A DNA stretch of 64,000 bases from Dipteris shenzhenensis (lineage: Eukaryota). Below the pieces are notes generated by a model. That model worked only from the letters and a program-made list of their open reading frames with translations, was not told the origin of the DNA and ran no database searches. Made by a program: the position numbers and the translations under genes. This document shows, piece by piece, positions 26,701 to 39,100 of this stretch (positions are counted from its first letter, which is position 1; every line of letters starts with the position of its first letter). Location: assembly GCA_047967505.1 (NCBI GenBank), contig CM106538.1. One strand, 5' to 3'.

Positions 26701-29700
26701 TTGCTACAACTTGCAATGAAGAGCCTTTCTGCCATAAAGATGCTTTTGACAGCAAAGAGTGGATGGATGCAATGAGAGCTGAATTACAATCCATTGCCAA
26801 AAATGACACATGGGAATTAGTAGATCCCCCTCCCGGCAAGCATGCCATTGGTACTCGGTGGGTCTACAAATTAAAAAGGAAATCTGATGGCAGTATAGAT
26901 CAATACAAAGCCCATCTTGTTGCAAAAGGGTATGCCCAACAACAAGGCATTGACTTTGAGGAGACATTTGCTCCCACATCCAAGATTACTACCATCAGAT
27001 GTGTCATTGCCATTGCAGCCCATCACCATTGGCAAGTGCACGAACTTGACATCAAGACTGCTTTTCTTCATGGGGATCTACAGGAAGAAGTCTATGTCAC
27101 ACAACCTCTTGGCTTTGAGGTTGTTAATTCTGAAAACAAGGTATGCCGGCTTAGAAAAGCCCTTTATGGTCTAAAGCAGGCACCCCGGCATGGTATGCCA
27201 AAATTCATGCACACTTACTATCTCTTGGTTTTCAAAATAGCTCCACAGAACCCACTCTTTATGTCCGTGGGAGTGGATCTGATTTTTTAGTGCTGATTTT
27301 ATATCTGGATGATATGCTCATCATGGGCCCAGATACTCAACATATTGCAGCTTTCAAGGCTGATTTGCAGCAAGTTTTTGAAATGTCAAACATGGGACAG
27401 CTCCACTATTATTTGGGCATTCAGTTTGCTCATGTTGAGGGGGGTATCATGACGTCACAGTCTAAGTATATTGGACAGCTCCTTGATCGTTTTCAGTTCG
27501 AGGATTGCAAGCCAATCTCTACTCCCGTGGACTCTGGCTTCAAATTCTCAGCTCATGATGGGAGCCCACCATGTGATATCACTCTTTATCAGTAGGTTGT
27601 TGGATGCCTTATTTATTGATGTCACACCAGACCTGACTTGCAGTATGCAGTATCTCAGCTCAGCAGATTCATGCACATGCCCAGTTCGCAGCATTGGCAG
27701 GCAATGAAGAGAGTCTTCAAATATCTCAGAGGCACTCAAGATTTAGCCCTCTTCTATGGTGATCAGGGTTCACTTACCATGCATGCTTACATGGATAGTG
27801 ACTCGGTAGGATGTTCCGACACTAGAGTGTCACATACCGGTAATTATTTTTTGCTTGGCAATTCATGTATCTCTTGGCTCAGCAAGAAGCAAACAACAGT
27901 TGCCACATCTAGCTATGAGGCTGAGTACAGGGCAGCTTTCATCGCTACAGTAGAGTGTGTTTGGCTTCACCAGTTACTTATAGATCTTGGTATTCACCAG
28001 ACATCCTCCACTATGGTCTACACTGACAGCCAGAGTGCTTTGGCCATTGCGCGTAACCCAGTGTTTCATGCGCGTACCAAGCATATTGAAGTTCACTATC
28101 ATTATGTTCGGGAGCGGTTGTCAACAGGAGAGATAGAGCTGTCCTATCTTCCCACAGAGGACAACATAGTAGATATGTTTACAAAGGCACTTCCTCGTCC
28201 CAAGTTCGAAGTCTTTCGACAAGCTTTACACTTGGGTCCCTTTGTCACATGATCTGACATCCCTTGTACATTCATACGTGGCTATATCCTTTTGGATGAA
28301 CATGTGCCACCATGACTAGAAAATACGAGGTATTCTGAGACGTTTCCAGAATACTTCAGCCCATCCCATGGAGGGGGGTTTGTAGGCCATCTTCTGGTGG
28401 TTCTAGTGATGCCGTATAGGCCATGGCATGTGCCTTGTAGGCATAAATATAGGCACTTATAGTTTTAAGAGCAAGGAGCCAGGGCACCATCCTAGGCAGG
28501 TCTATTGTCGATTGTTTAGGACGAAACCTACTTGGTTGCCATACGGGCTGCAACGGAGGGGGTCAAGAATAAGAAAGAAGTAGTCTACTATTGCTTTGTA
28601 AACTTTCAGAAAGCATTTGACACAATTCCATGCGAAAAGCTATGGGAAAGACTGGAAAAGCTCGAAGTCCCTCAGGAGATCAGAGAAGCCACATACAAGT
28701 TATACGAGAGAGTATTAGCTGAAGGAAAAATCATCATAAGCAGTGACATAGGAGTCAAGCAAGGCTGCCCCCTCTCACCAACTCTCTTTGGTCTGTTCAT
28801 CGATGAATTGGAAGAGTGGATGAGAACACACAGCGGCGAAGGTTTCCAGATTGCAAGCTATGCCCTCTTATTGCTTATCTACGCAAATGATGTAGTTTTC
28901 TTCGCAGAAAGCAAGAAAGAGATGCAAACACATTTGGACAAACTAGAAAAATTCTGCAAACACTCAGGAATGCAAATCAACATATCCAAGACAAAAGTGA
29001 TGGTGATTGGGACTCGGCATAAACAGGTTGATTTCACTTTTGAGGGGGAGCCTCTGGACAGTGTCACTATATATAAATATTTGGGGCTGGAATTTGCACA
29101 CTTACAAGTGGAATGCATGTGTGGAAAGAAGAATCCTGGGAGGTTTGAAAGCTTTATATAGCTTCCAAAACACATGCAGATAGGCACACCTATGGAACTG
29201 GGAAATGAGAAAGTTTCTATACACCATGCTCGTACAAACAGTGGTCCTTTATGGGTGTCCAGCCTGGACACCTAGGCTCTCTAGGGCCTACTGGAACCGA
29301 ATGGAGACTTTGCATAAACGATTTCTCATAGGTGAAGCCACAAACACCGTACCCATGATACCTCAACAAAGTTGGAAAGATGGACGCCAATAGGATACCA
29401 CACAGAGCAATGGAAGCTACATGGCACAAAGAGGGGCTGTAATGGATGGAATTATGGGGTATAACCACTGCTGATATCCCCAAAGATGCATGTGAAATCA
29501 GGGAGTTAGTGACACAAAGAATGCTACGGAAGCTATGGCAAGAACTGGGGGCAAAAATGCAGTTTCATAAGCAGGAAATCAATCCGATGGACAGCTATGG
29601 ACATTAATATAATCATATCATATCATCTCTCTCTCTCTCTCTCTCTCCCCTCAGTACTAGGGCCCAGGACAACAGTCGGGCTGGACCCCCCCCAAAGGAT

Positions 29701-32700
29701 TCTATTGCTTGAGAGAAAAATGAATACAAGAGTTCAGCATAGAGCTGCTCATACCAAAATTCCAAAACGTGAATCCTTTTTACAAAGAGCTCATGGCTCA
29801 ATACTTTGGCAACATGCCAAGTGTCAAAATAACTAACTAAAATTTAGTACATGCCACAAAGGGCAATCTCTAGGGTCGCTTGCTAAGCTCCTGCGCTTGG
29901 GAAATCAACCCTTCTTAGTACCTACAACAATTAATTAAAGCGCACCACCATGGCACCCATTAATTGTTAGCGCTTTGCATGCAAATAATAAAGTGTGGAC
30001 TAATCCTAGTCATGGTGGATGTCCCCACTAAACACATGTGCGCATAACAAATATATATATATATATATATATTTATTTATTTATTTATTTATTTATTTAT
30101 TATTATTTTTTTCTCTGATTGACCAGAGTCAACGCTCTTGATCATAATTAAGGAGGCTTTGACCAATGGTCGAGGCGCCTTAATTATGACCAAGTCTCTC
30201 CAACCAAAGCTGGCACAACTTGGTTAACTGTATTTAACCCTCTTGGCGCATGCCAAGTCTTGTTGACCAAAGTCAACACTCTCTGACCGTAGTCAGCTCT
30301 ATGGTTCTCTGGTTAATCGCAGTTAACACTCTTGGTAATAAACCAAGTCTCCCCGACCGAAATCAGGCTTACTTGACCAGAGTCAAGTATCTTTGACCAT
30401 AGTCAATTCTTTGCTGAATAATTCTTCAATTTCACAAGATACCTGTAAAATTCCTCGCCCTGAGCGCCTTTGCATACAATATGGTACACAATCTGCTCTG
30501 GCTAAAGGACCTCCAGCTCATCCACTTCTGGTGGATCCTCTACTATTGGCTTTGTAGGCTCTGACTCCTAGAACTTCTTTAGAAGACTCACATGGAAAGC
30601 ATTATGAATCCTTCAATGCTCTCATTTCATGAACTTCAAGAGTTAGAAAACTTGTTTAGTCAGAAATGAGGATATCCATTTCTTTTCTTAAGCAACATCA
30701 TCTGCTGAGCTGGCTGCCATGTCATTTTTGCACATGCCACATGTTCTGCTCTTGCACTGCCACGTGTACATTGTGCCACATCATCAAAAGCCACGTAAAC
30801 CTAAGGTTTCAAACACAAAATTTCCCTTTTTCTTTTGTGAATTTTCGCAAAGAAAGACTGCCACAACCTGCATGTAACCATACCAACATTGCACGAGCCC
30901 TCAGTACAGCTGTACTGACAAATGATAATGTACAGCTGTAGGGTACGATCAGTTGCGCAAGCAACTTCCATCGACATGCAAACGACGTAAAGGAATTTTG
31001 CAATTCTTTTCATATCAACAGGCATTTTGCAGATTTGGAGCAGTTTGAAGTCCTTTGGGAGCGTTTTTCAGCCTACATTGACTCTAAACTACTAAAAACT
31101 CACAGTTTGGACTGCATTTAGAACAGTATTATAGCTTTGCAGTCACCCCAAGAGAAAACAACCTGGTTTTCTGATGGTCCATTTGTAGAAACACTTTCGT
31201 CTTCAATCTCTTCGTCCTATACTCTCTTCCAACCTTCGTGAAAAAGAACACTCTTATTTCACCTCGTTTTCTGTATGCCCATTTCCTGTTCTCTAGTTTC
31301 TTCTGAAATTGCTTCTCATGTCGACAGCTGTAAAAGAACTGCCCTTCCTTTGTTGGATACAATTCACCTAATGCTTTTTACAAGGAGGTATTATAACTAA
31401 ATCTTGCCTCCCTTCATGTTGAACTGTCAACCAGTACTTGTGTCCTCTTTTAATGTCTTCCATTCATAGCATTTGCAAATCAAACCACGCATCTATAGAC
31501 AGAGAAAAAAAGAAGGCATACCATTTCTCTTTGTCTTCCAGCATGGGTGCAGGATCTCTTAGTATCATAAACAGGACCTGTCCAAGCAATTCGCCACCTC
31601 TATCAAACTAAATGAACAAGTTGACAAAAGGTATCTTGCTACAAAACTCTTTCCGGTTTGCACAAGACACCTTGCACCCTATCTTTTAAACATTGAGACC
31701 AAAAGTCATGTCAGAAAATAGACAAGATGGAAGAACGGAAAACAGTTTTTTGGCATCCAAATTCCAATTGAGTACCAACTTAATTTGCTGTTCAAAGCCA
31801 TGGACCACAGTGAGCAATGAGCATATTTTCTATCTGAAAATTATAGTTTGAGAAGACGTCAAAACCTACCCTAAAAGGATGCACATTGGATCTTGGAGGA
31901 AGCCCCTGCAATATGAAAATATAGAATAAGAACCATGTAACCCAATAACATCTGTTCCAATATGGCATACTAAAGAACTCTTAGAAAGGACTGCAACCTG
32001 CAAATATGAGCACAAAGAAGGGAACCATTCTTAATCACAATGCATCAACCAACCCACTCATTGACATGAAACCCCATGCATTAACAAAGGATTATTTCAA
32101 ACCTCGGCCATTTCGATTGCAGAAACTCCAAGTGACCACACATCAGCCTACAATAAAGGCACACATCCAATTTGTGAGCTTTGTTCCATGCCACAATATC
32201 CTAAGTGGCATGGTTGCTGGCTTTTTTGCTCTCTATATAACAAATAGGATACTTTCCAGTTGACAATGATTTAAGCAGAAATTGCTGCTCGATTTGCTAT
32301 TTATTTTAGTGCTTTTGTTCTAACAAAATCAAAGAATGCATCACCTAGATTCCTACCTTCCCATCATATCTGCTTCCCTGGATAACTTCTGGTGCCATCC
32401 AATGTGGAGTACCAATTGACTGCAACAAACAAAGCACAATCATAAATATAGAATATCTGTGAATGTGCGATGTGCTACTAGCTATTCAGACTATTAGAAT
32501 CTTTATCTATAAGCTTCTAATTGTTCAATGCTACAATGAGAGCTTGAAATCAATGGCATATTCCTCATCAAGCATGCCATAAAAGGAACCTTCTATCTCC
32601 ACCTATAAGAGAAGTCTAAACTGATACTATTACTGTGAAATGAGATGTTCCCATAAGAGAATATATCTAGATGAATCCAGAAACATGCCCAAACTCATCC

Positions 32701-35700
32701 TTTAAAACCACAACACGTAGTACAGTTTCAATCTCATGATGGTTACCCATAGGGTTGAAAACCATAACTCCATCATGCATAGCAGGGACTACCTACTATA
32801 CCATCCCCACTGATGTCATCAGCACCCAACAGTGGGTGTAGACCATAGTATAAACATATGCTCTCACACATACAAATCCACACACCCACTAATTTTTAAT
32901 ATCCATTTATACCAAGGTCTTTGTACTGAGTTTCTGTTGCAATTCAGAGGTGAAGAGCCAATTCAGCCATGAGAAAGGCTAGCATGAAAGGAGAAGACTA
33001 ATAAAAAAGTAGTCCACATTCTCTTCATTCAAGCTACAACTGCTTGTGAAGACTATACGATATCATTTTAGTCTCTCCCAAATGCGCATTGAAGCAAAAA
33101 ACATCCAATAAGAGAATACATGAAACAACCATCACAAGAAAACCATAAACTCCATCACGCATAGCACGGACTACCTACTATGACACACCCCCTGACGTCA
33201 TCAATGCCCAACAGTGGGTGCCTAGACCATAGTATAAACATATACTCTCACACATACAAATCCACACACCCACACATACTTAAGCATCCTTTTATACAAC
33301 GGTTTTCGTATTGATTTTCTTCACTCCGGAGGTTAAGGGCAGACTCAGCCGTGAGAAAGGCTAGCACTAAACGAGAAGGTTAATCAAAAAGTAGTCACAT
33401 TCTCTTCATTCAAGTACAACTGCTTGTGAAGACTATATGATGTCGTTTTAGTTCTCTCCCCAACAAGCATCGAAGCAAGAGATATCCAATAAGAGAATAC
33501 ATAAACAACCATTCCCAATAATAAATTTTGTCAAATGAATCGCTCCTACATAAGACGAAGCAGCGATTTGTTGTAATCAGATTCGTAGATGCGAGCATGG
33601 CCTCCATCTTTGGCCCAAAGGGCCTAGTTTGGGTGCCGAGATGCCACATGATACCATCGGGTGCACAAGGACATAAGCAATAACGGATTGACTTGCCTTA
33701 TTGGGCTAGGGCCAAGCATAGCGCTATGGTGGTTGCTTCCTTTGACTCTTCACCTTCTCTTGCTTCACTGTGATCTTTTGGTGTTTGGCCTTGAAATTCT
33801 TCGATGAACTCATCAATCGGAGAGCAATGCATGAAAAGCCATTGATATACTTCCATTGTGCTTAGTTAATTGTCAACATAGTAATCTTTTGAGCTGTAGA
33901 AGGTTTTTCCCAATCCACAATCTCCTCCACCTTTGGGTGATCAAGGCATATTCCTTTGGGTTGTTTTATTGGGCTAGGGCCAAGCATAGCCCTATGGTGG
34001 TTCCTTTCTTTGACTCTTCACCTTCTCTTACTTCACTGTGATCTTTTGGTGTCTGGCCTTGAAATTCTTCAGTGAACTCGTCAATCGGAGAGCAATGCAT
34101 GAAAAGCCATTGATATGCTTCCATTGTGCTTGGCATTAATTGTCAACATAGTAATCTTTTGAGCTGTAGAAGGAATTTCCCAATCCACAATCTCCTCCAC
34201 CTTTGGGTGATCAAGGCATATTCCTTTGGCATAATTAATCTAGCCAAAGTAATAAGCCCCCAAGACAAGAATTTAATGAACTCTTTCTATTGATGAACAA
34301 ATGATTTGCCTTCCAAAGCTCTAAAACCTTGGCAAGATCTATTTTTATCTCCAGAAAAAAGGCCAAGATCATCTAAAATACAAATAGGCACCTCCCAAGT
34401 AATTGGCCATAGAAAGTTACACGATCCACCCCAAGCATGCCAGGCTCTGATTCCAATGTTAATGCTTGAAAGCTGCAAAACAGAAGCTTAACGAGACTTG
34501 AGATCGAATGAAAAGAGGGAGAGAGGAGGGAAATTTTTTTTCCTTGAAAGGAGTGTTTGCTCTATTACAAATGTGCCAAATGGTTATTAGTAAAAGCTCA
34601 ATAAAAAAGAGATCAAGTGAAACTTAGCTTGCCTCCAAGCTAAAAAGGAGGTATGGAATGTACAACCTGGGGTAAGGCCTTTCCAAGTGGTGGGCTACAT
34701 AGGTTGCCCTACCTTTCATTCTTCCTCACTTTGGAAAGATGACTTTAGAAGACTCCTAGCATACTATGGTAAGAAACCTATCATTTCTCATTTGAGGATT
34801 TTCGATTATGATGCTTATGTACATGTGAACAAAGCAAATAGAACAAAGTTGGATCCCAAGAGCAAGAAGTGCATCTTTATTGGGTACAGAAAGGAATCAA
34901 AGACCTGTCAGCTAAATGACCTGGAGGCAAAGAAGCTAGTGGTGCCCAGAGATGTTGCTGTCCAAGAGACAAAGTCCGAGCCACAAGCAACCTCATTAGA
35001 AGTTTCAATTTTTCCGCAAAGACCAGGGGTTGCTATTACGCAAGCAAATGAGACAAAAGATCCAAAGACCGAAGATTTAGAGTCAAAGTCTAAGGCACCT
35101 AAGCCAATGCAAAAGGGAGACAGCTACCAAGTTGGTACTTGAAGACCCTGAAGAATTCAGGAGTCACACATCCTAGAGAGCAATTCAAAGGTAAGGCTCA
35201 AGGAAAGCACCCGTGAACTATGCTCTAATAGTTCAGATCTAGAAGATGTGGAACCAAGGACCTTTGAAGAAGCATAGGGAATTCCAAAGAGGTAGGTTGC
35301 CATCGAAGCAAAAAGAAGGCCATTCTGAAGGACCATACATCGGACCTGGTTGATAGACGCCAGAAGAGGAAGATCATAGGAACCAAGTTGGTTTACCGTG
35401 GAGGCACAAGTTTGATGGTACTTTGGATAAGTACAAGGCGAGACGTGTTGTCAATAGCTTTGGTTGCCCACCATCAATGACCGATGTTTTAGATGGATGT
35501 GTGAAGTCTACTTTCCCAAACGGTGAGCTTTGTTTGTGTTGAGCAGCCGAAAGGCTTCCAACATCTAGATGATAGAAAGAAGGTATGCAAGCTTCACAGG
35601 CTACTTTACAGTCAAAAATAGGCCCCGAGAGCATGGTAATAGATGACTACTTCTATGAGATAGGGTAATCTCTACCTCTTCATAGGATCCTACTGTTTGA

Positions 35701-36075
35701 AGGCATCTAGTTTGCATACTCCTCCAGCCACTGAAGCTGTGCAGACTGGAGGAGTGATATGACATAATCCTTTCTATACTTCTCAACAGTAGTAATCTTC
35801 CTTGATTGCTGTTTTACCCAGCACCCCTTTGCTGGATGTGTTCAACTTATTTCTGAGCATCTTTTCCTATGCTTGTGGATGAATAAGTCTGAGTTCTTCA
35901 TCCAGCAGTAGCAATCTTCCTTGATTGCTGTTTTACCCAGCACCCCTTTGCTGGATGTGTTCAACTTATTTCTTATCATCTTTTCCTCTGCTTGTGGATG
36001 AATAAAGTCTGAATTCTTCTTCTCTCTTCTCTACGTATTTTCTCAGTAAGATTTCAGTGAGAGAGAGAGAGAGAG

Positions 36076-36107
<32 letters not shown>

Positions 36108-39100
36108 GTGTTCCAGCCGGAGGAGCGATGGAGAGCGATGGAGCCTCCCCCTCGCCCGTACAGCCCCAACCTACCTCGCTTTCATGCTCGCAACCTCCCC
36201 TGCCTGCTCCATTATCCTCTGTCCTTGCTCGTACATCCCCATACCTTTGCAACCTGTAGCCGTACCTTTCCAGCCTACATCCGTACCCTGCCCATCTTCA
36301 TCCACACCTTTCCTGCACTCGGCCGTACCCTCTCTGCATTCCGTACAAACTGTACAGACGTCCGTACAGTCCCAACCTCTTGTCGCCTCTGATTTCTGTA
36401 CAGCCCCTCTGCATAGTATGTCCATACAACCTGATTATGCTCCTTTTGCGCAGTCCGTACGTCTTCTGGAGCAGCCCTCTCCATCTTGCTCTTTCCTTGA
36501 TGCCTTCGATAGATGCCTCGTTCGTGTTCTCTGCTTCAGCTCCTCTTTCTACCTCTGCTCCCACACGTGTTTTCATTCGGCGAAAGAGAGGTGTTTTGCT
36601 TCCTTCGTGCTCTTTCAAATTGACGAAGCTAGATGTTGCAGATGGACCTTCCTCTCCTCTCCAGTTGGATCTTCTTCGCCAGATGTGTGCTGCCTCCGTT
36701 ACAGAAGTTCCTTCTTCGGGTTCTCCTTTGGTCTGTTCTTTGGATTCTGCCCTTGTGATCTCTGGTCTTCGATAGGCTCAGTAGCTTGGGATCTGTCTCT
36801 ACTTTATGGGCAAGGTTCTTTCTGCAGCTCACCTTCATCGTTGGGCTGAAGCTGCCATGGGTCTAGATCTCATTTCCTCCTTTGTCTTTATGGGCAAATG
36901 GTTTTATTATGCCCACTGTTCTTCGACGGAGGTGGTGGAGTGTCTTGTTAGTTGTGCTAGGGTTCCTAGGGCAGGTCTCTTTGCTTATGTCATGCCCTGG
37001 GATCCTCTTTTTGATACGGCAGCTTCTCTTTTGACTCATTGCCCGGTATGGATCACCCTCAAAGCGCTACCTCTTCCTCTTCTTCAGCATCTTTCTACCC
37101 TTGGAGCGCTCTTGGAGAGGCCTCTTCATGTTCCGAGACAGGAGTTTTTGCAGGCTACTCGGGATATTCGTATTTGTGTTCTATGGGATATGATGTAGCC
37201 AGTGCCTTCTACTTTGGATCTTGATTTGGGTTTTGCCCATCCAATCGCATTCGGTTGCATTTTGCCTCTTTTCCTACAGCCTGTTATCGGTGCCGCCAGG
37301 GTTGGTCATTTTGCATGTGCTTGCCCTTCTACTTCCAAGACCACTCCTCCTGCTCCTTCCTCAGCAGTCAAGATTACTCCCTCTTCTCCTCCGGTCTCTG
37401 CTATGGTTTCACTGGATAAGCCTTCATTCACTGCTCCGAAGCGTTACTGGAGGAAGGTAGATAAATCATAGGCCAATCTTTCTGCAGCTTAAGAAGCTCA
37501 GGCTCAGTCTCTTATTGAGCACCAACAGCCTCCTTCTCCTCAGGATATGGATGTTCCTCTTGAAGAGGGGATTATACAAGATGCTGTACATGTTTTATCT
37601 CAGGTTGATACTCGGAGTGAAGCTGAAACGATGAGTCGTGATTTATCTGATGCAGCTCCTTCTTCAGATGGTACTGATGTTGATCCAGCTCCTTCGCCTG
37701 TGATGATCGTGCCAGAGTCTATTTCTGTTCAGGATGCAGATGTTCCTTTTTCTCTGGATTCTTTTCATCCTTGGTTACAACAGGTTTTTGACCCTGTGAT
37801 TCCAAAATTCCGGCTGCCAGCTTATATTAAGAAGAATCACAAGGGCAAAAAAAAAGCTAGTTTTTATTGATGGTGTAGTTACTCCACTGCATCACTTTTT
37901 ACAAAGCAACAATCTGAAACTAAAGGATCTTTTGTTTGATTCTCCTCCAGTGGATATGTAACTTTTTACTGGGCTGCCTCATGAATTTTTCTCTGAGGCT
38001 TTACTTGTAAATTTTTTCTTTGTACCTATTGGTGGGTTTTTACCTCTTTTTGGGGTTTCCCACACAAAAATAAAAGATTTCATTAAAAAAAAAAGTGTGT
38101 GTGTGTGTGTAAGCATGCGTGCATGTGCATCTATGTTGTGAGAGATCGGTGAGCATTTGAGATCATTCCGCTGTGTAGCTTTACTGTTCAGCAGTCCCTC
38201 AATTCTAACATTCCAGCCAATACGAACATCATAAGGATGCAGCACTCTTTTCCCAAAATTACTGGGTCTACAAAGATGAGATTACGTCTGATGATCAAAC
38301 TGACAAAAAGCCCCAACTTGTTAAAGACTTTGGTGTCCCATACTACCAAAGCCCGTCCACAAGGAACCCACGGCACAGCATCCTGCACCTGCCATGTAAG
38401 TAGGAGAGCCTCACGATCCAACACTGACCATGCAGTTCAGAAGCGCTCAACCTCACTACTGCACAATAGCCTTGGCCAATTTTATACAGAAGAGCATCCC
38501 ACCATAATGAATACCCAGCTAAATATAGCTCACAGGCCCCCACGTAAGCCTGCCAATCTTAATCCTCGGGCCCCCTAACCCTCGGGCCCCCTACTGGATG
38601 AAGTCTACTAATCTAGAAATTAGCATTACAATATGTATGACCATAGTATACAGGTTCAGCAAGTTTGCCATGATTCCATGCAAAATAAGTGTGTTGGATA
38701 AAGACTGCAAGTTTTGAAGAGCTATCCTTGAGAACTTTGGTACACAATTGAGTTTTTCCAACAGCCTCCATCCTCACAAGGATTGTTATATACATACCAG
38801 GCTGCATTTCACAAACAATTCAAGTCCCTCCTTACCATGACTTCAGAGAAAGTTCACAACTAGATCAAGGAGAGCTACAACCAGATGTTGGAGTCTGTCA
38901 ATCAAAGCAAGCATTGCCACAGCACAGGAAGCCTGCCAGACTCCAGCAAACAAGCACCGCAAGGATAATAGTCTTAAGGAGATGTGTAATCCTCCCTCAT
39001 AAAATACAGCAGAGACACTCTCATTTTCTTTATGCAATCGCTAGCTCTCTCGTGGAACCTCACGCTCCTGATTTACTGTAGAAACACTCTCATAAGAGCT

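Noticed and set aside
31129-31362. 77-aa ORF as an extra kinase exon or small gene
   Set aside because: Flanking SIK1 exons join in frame without it and it has no recognisable motif.
32800-32850. Hammerhead ribozyme or tRNA-derived head in the hairpin repeat
   Set aside because: No intact CUGANGA/GAAA core and no convincing A/B boxes or cloverleaf by eye.
36079-36849. 256-aa and overlapping ORFs starting in the (GT)n run
   Set aside because: They begin at non-ATG codons in a microsatellite and run through a TE leader; no protein-family signal.
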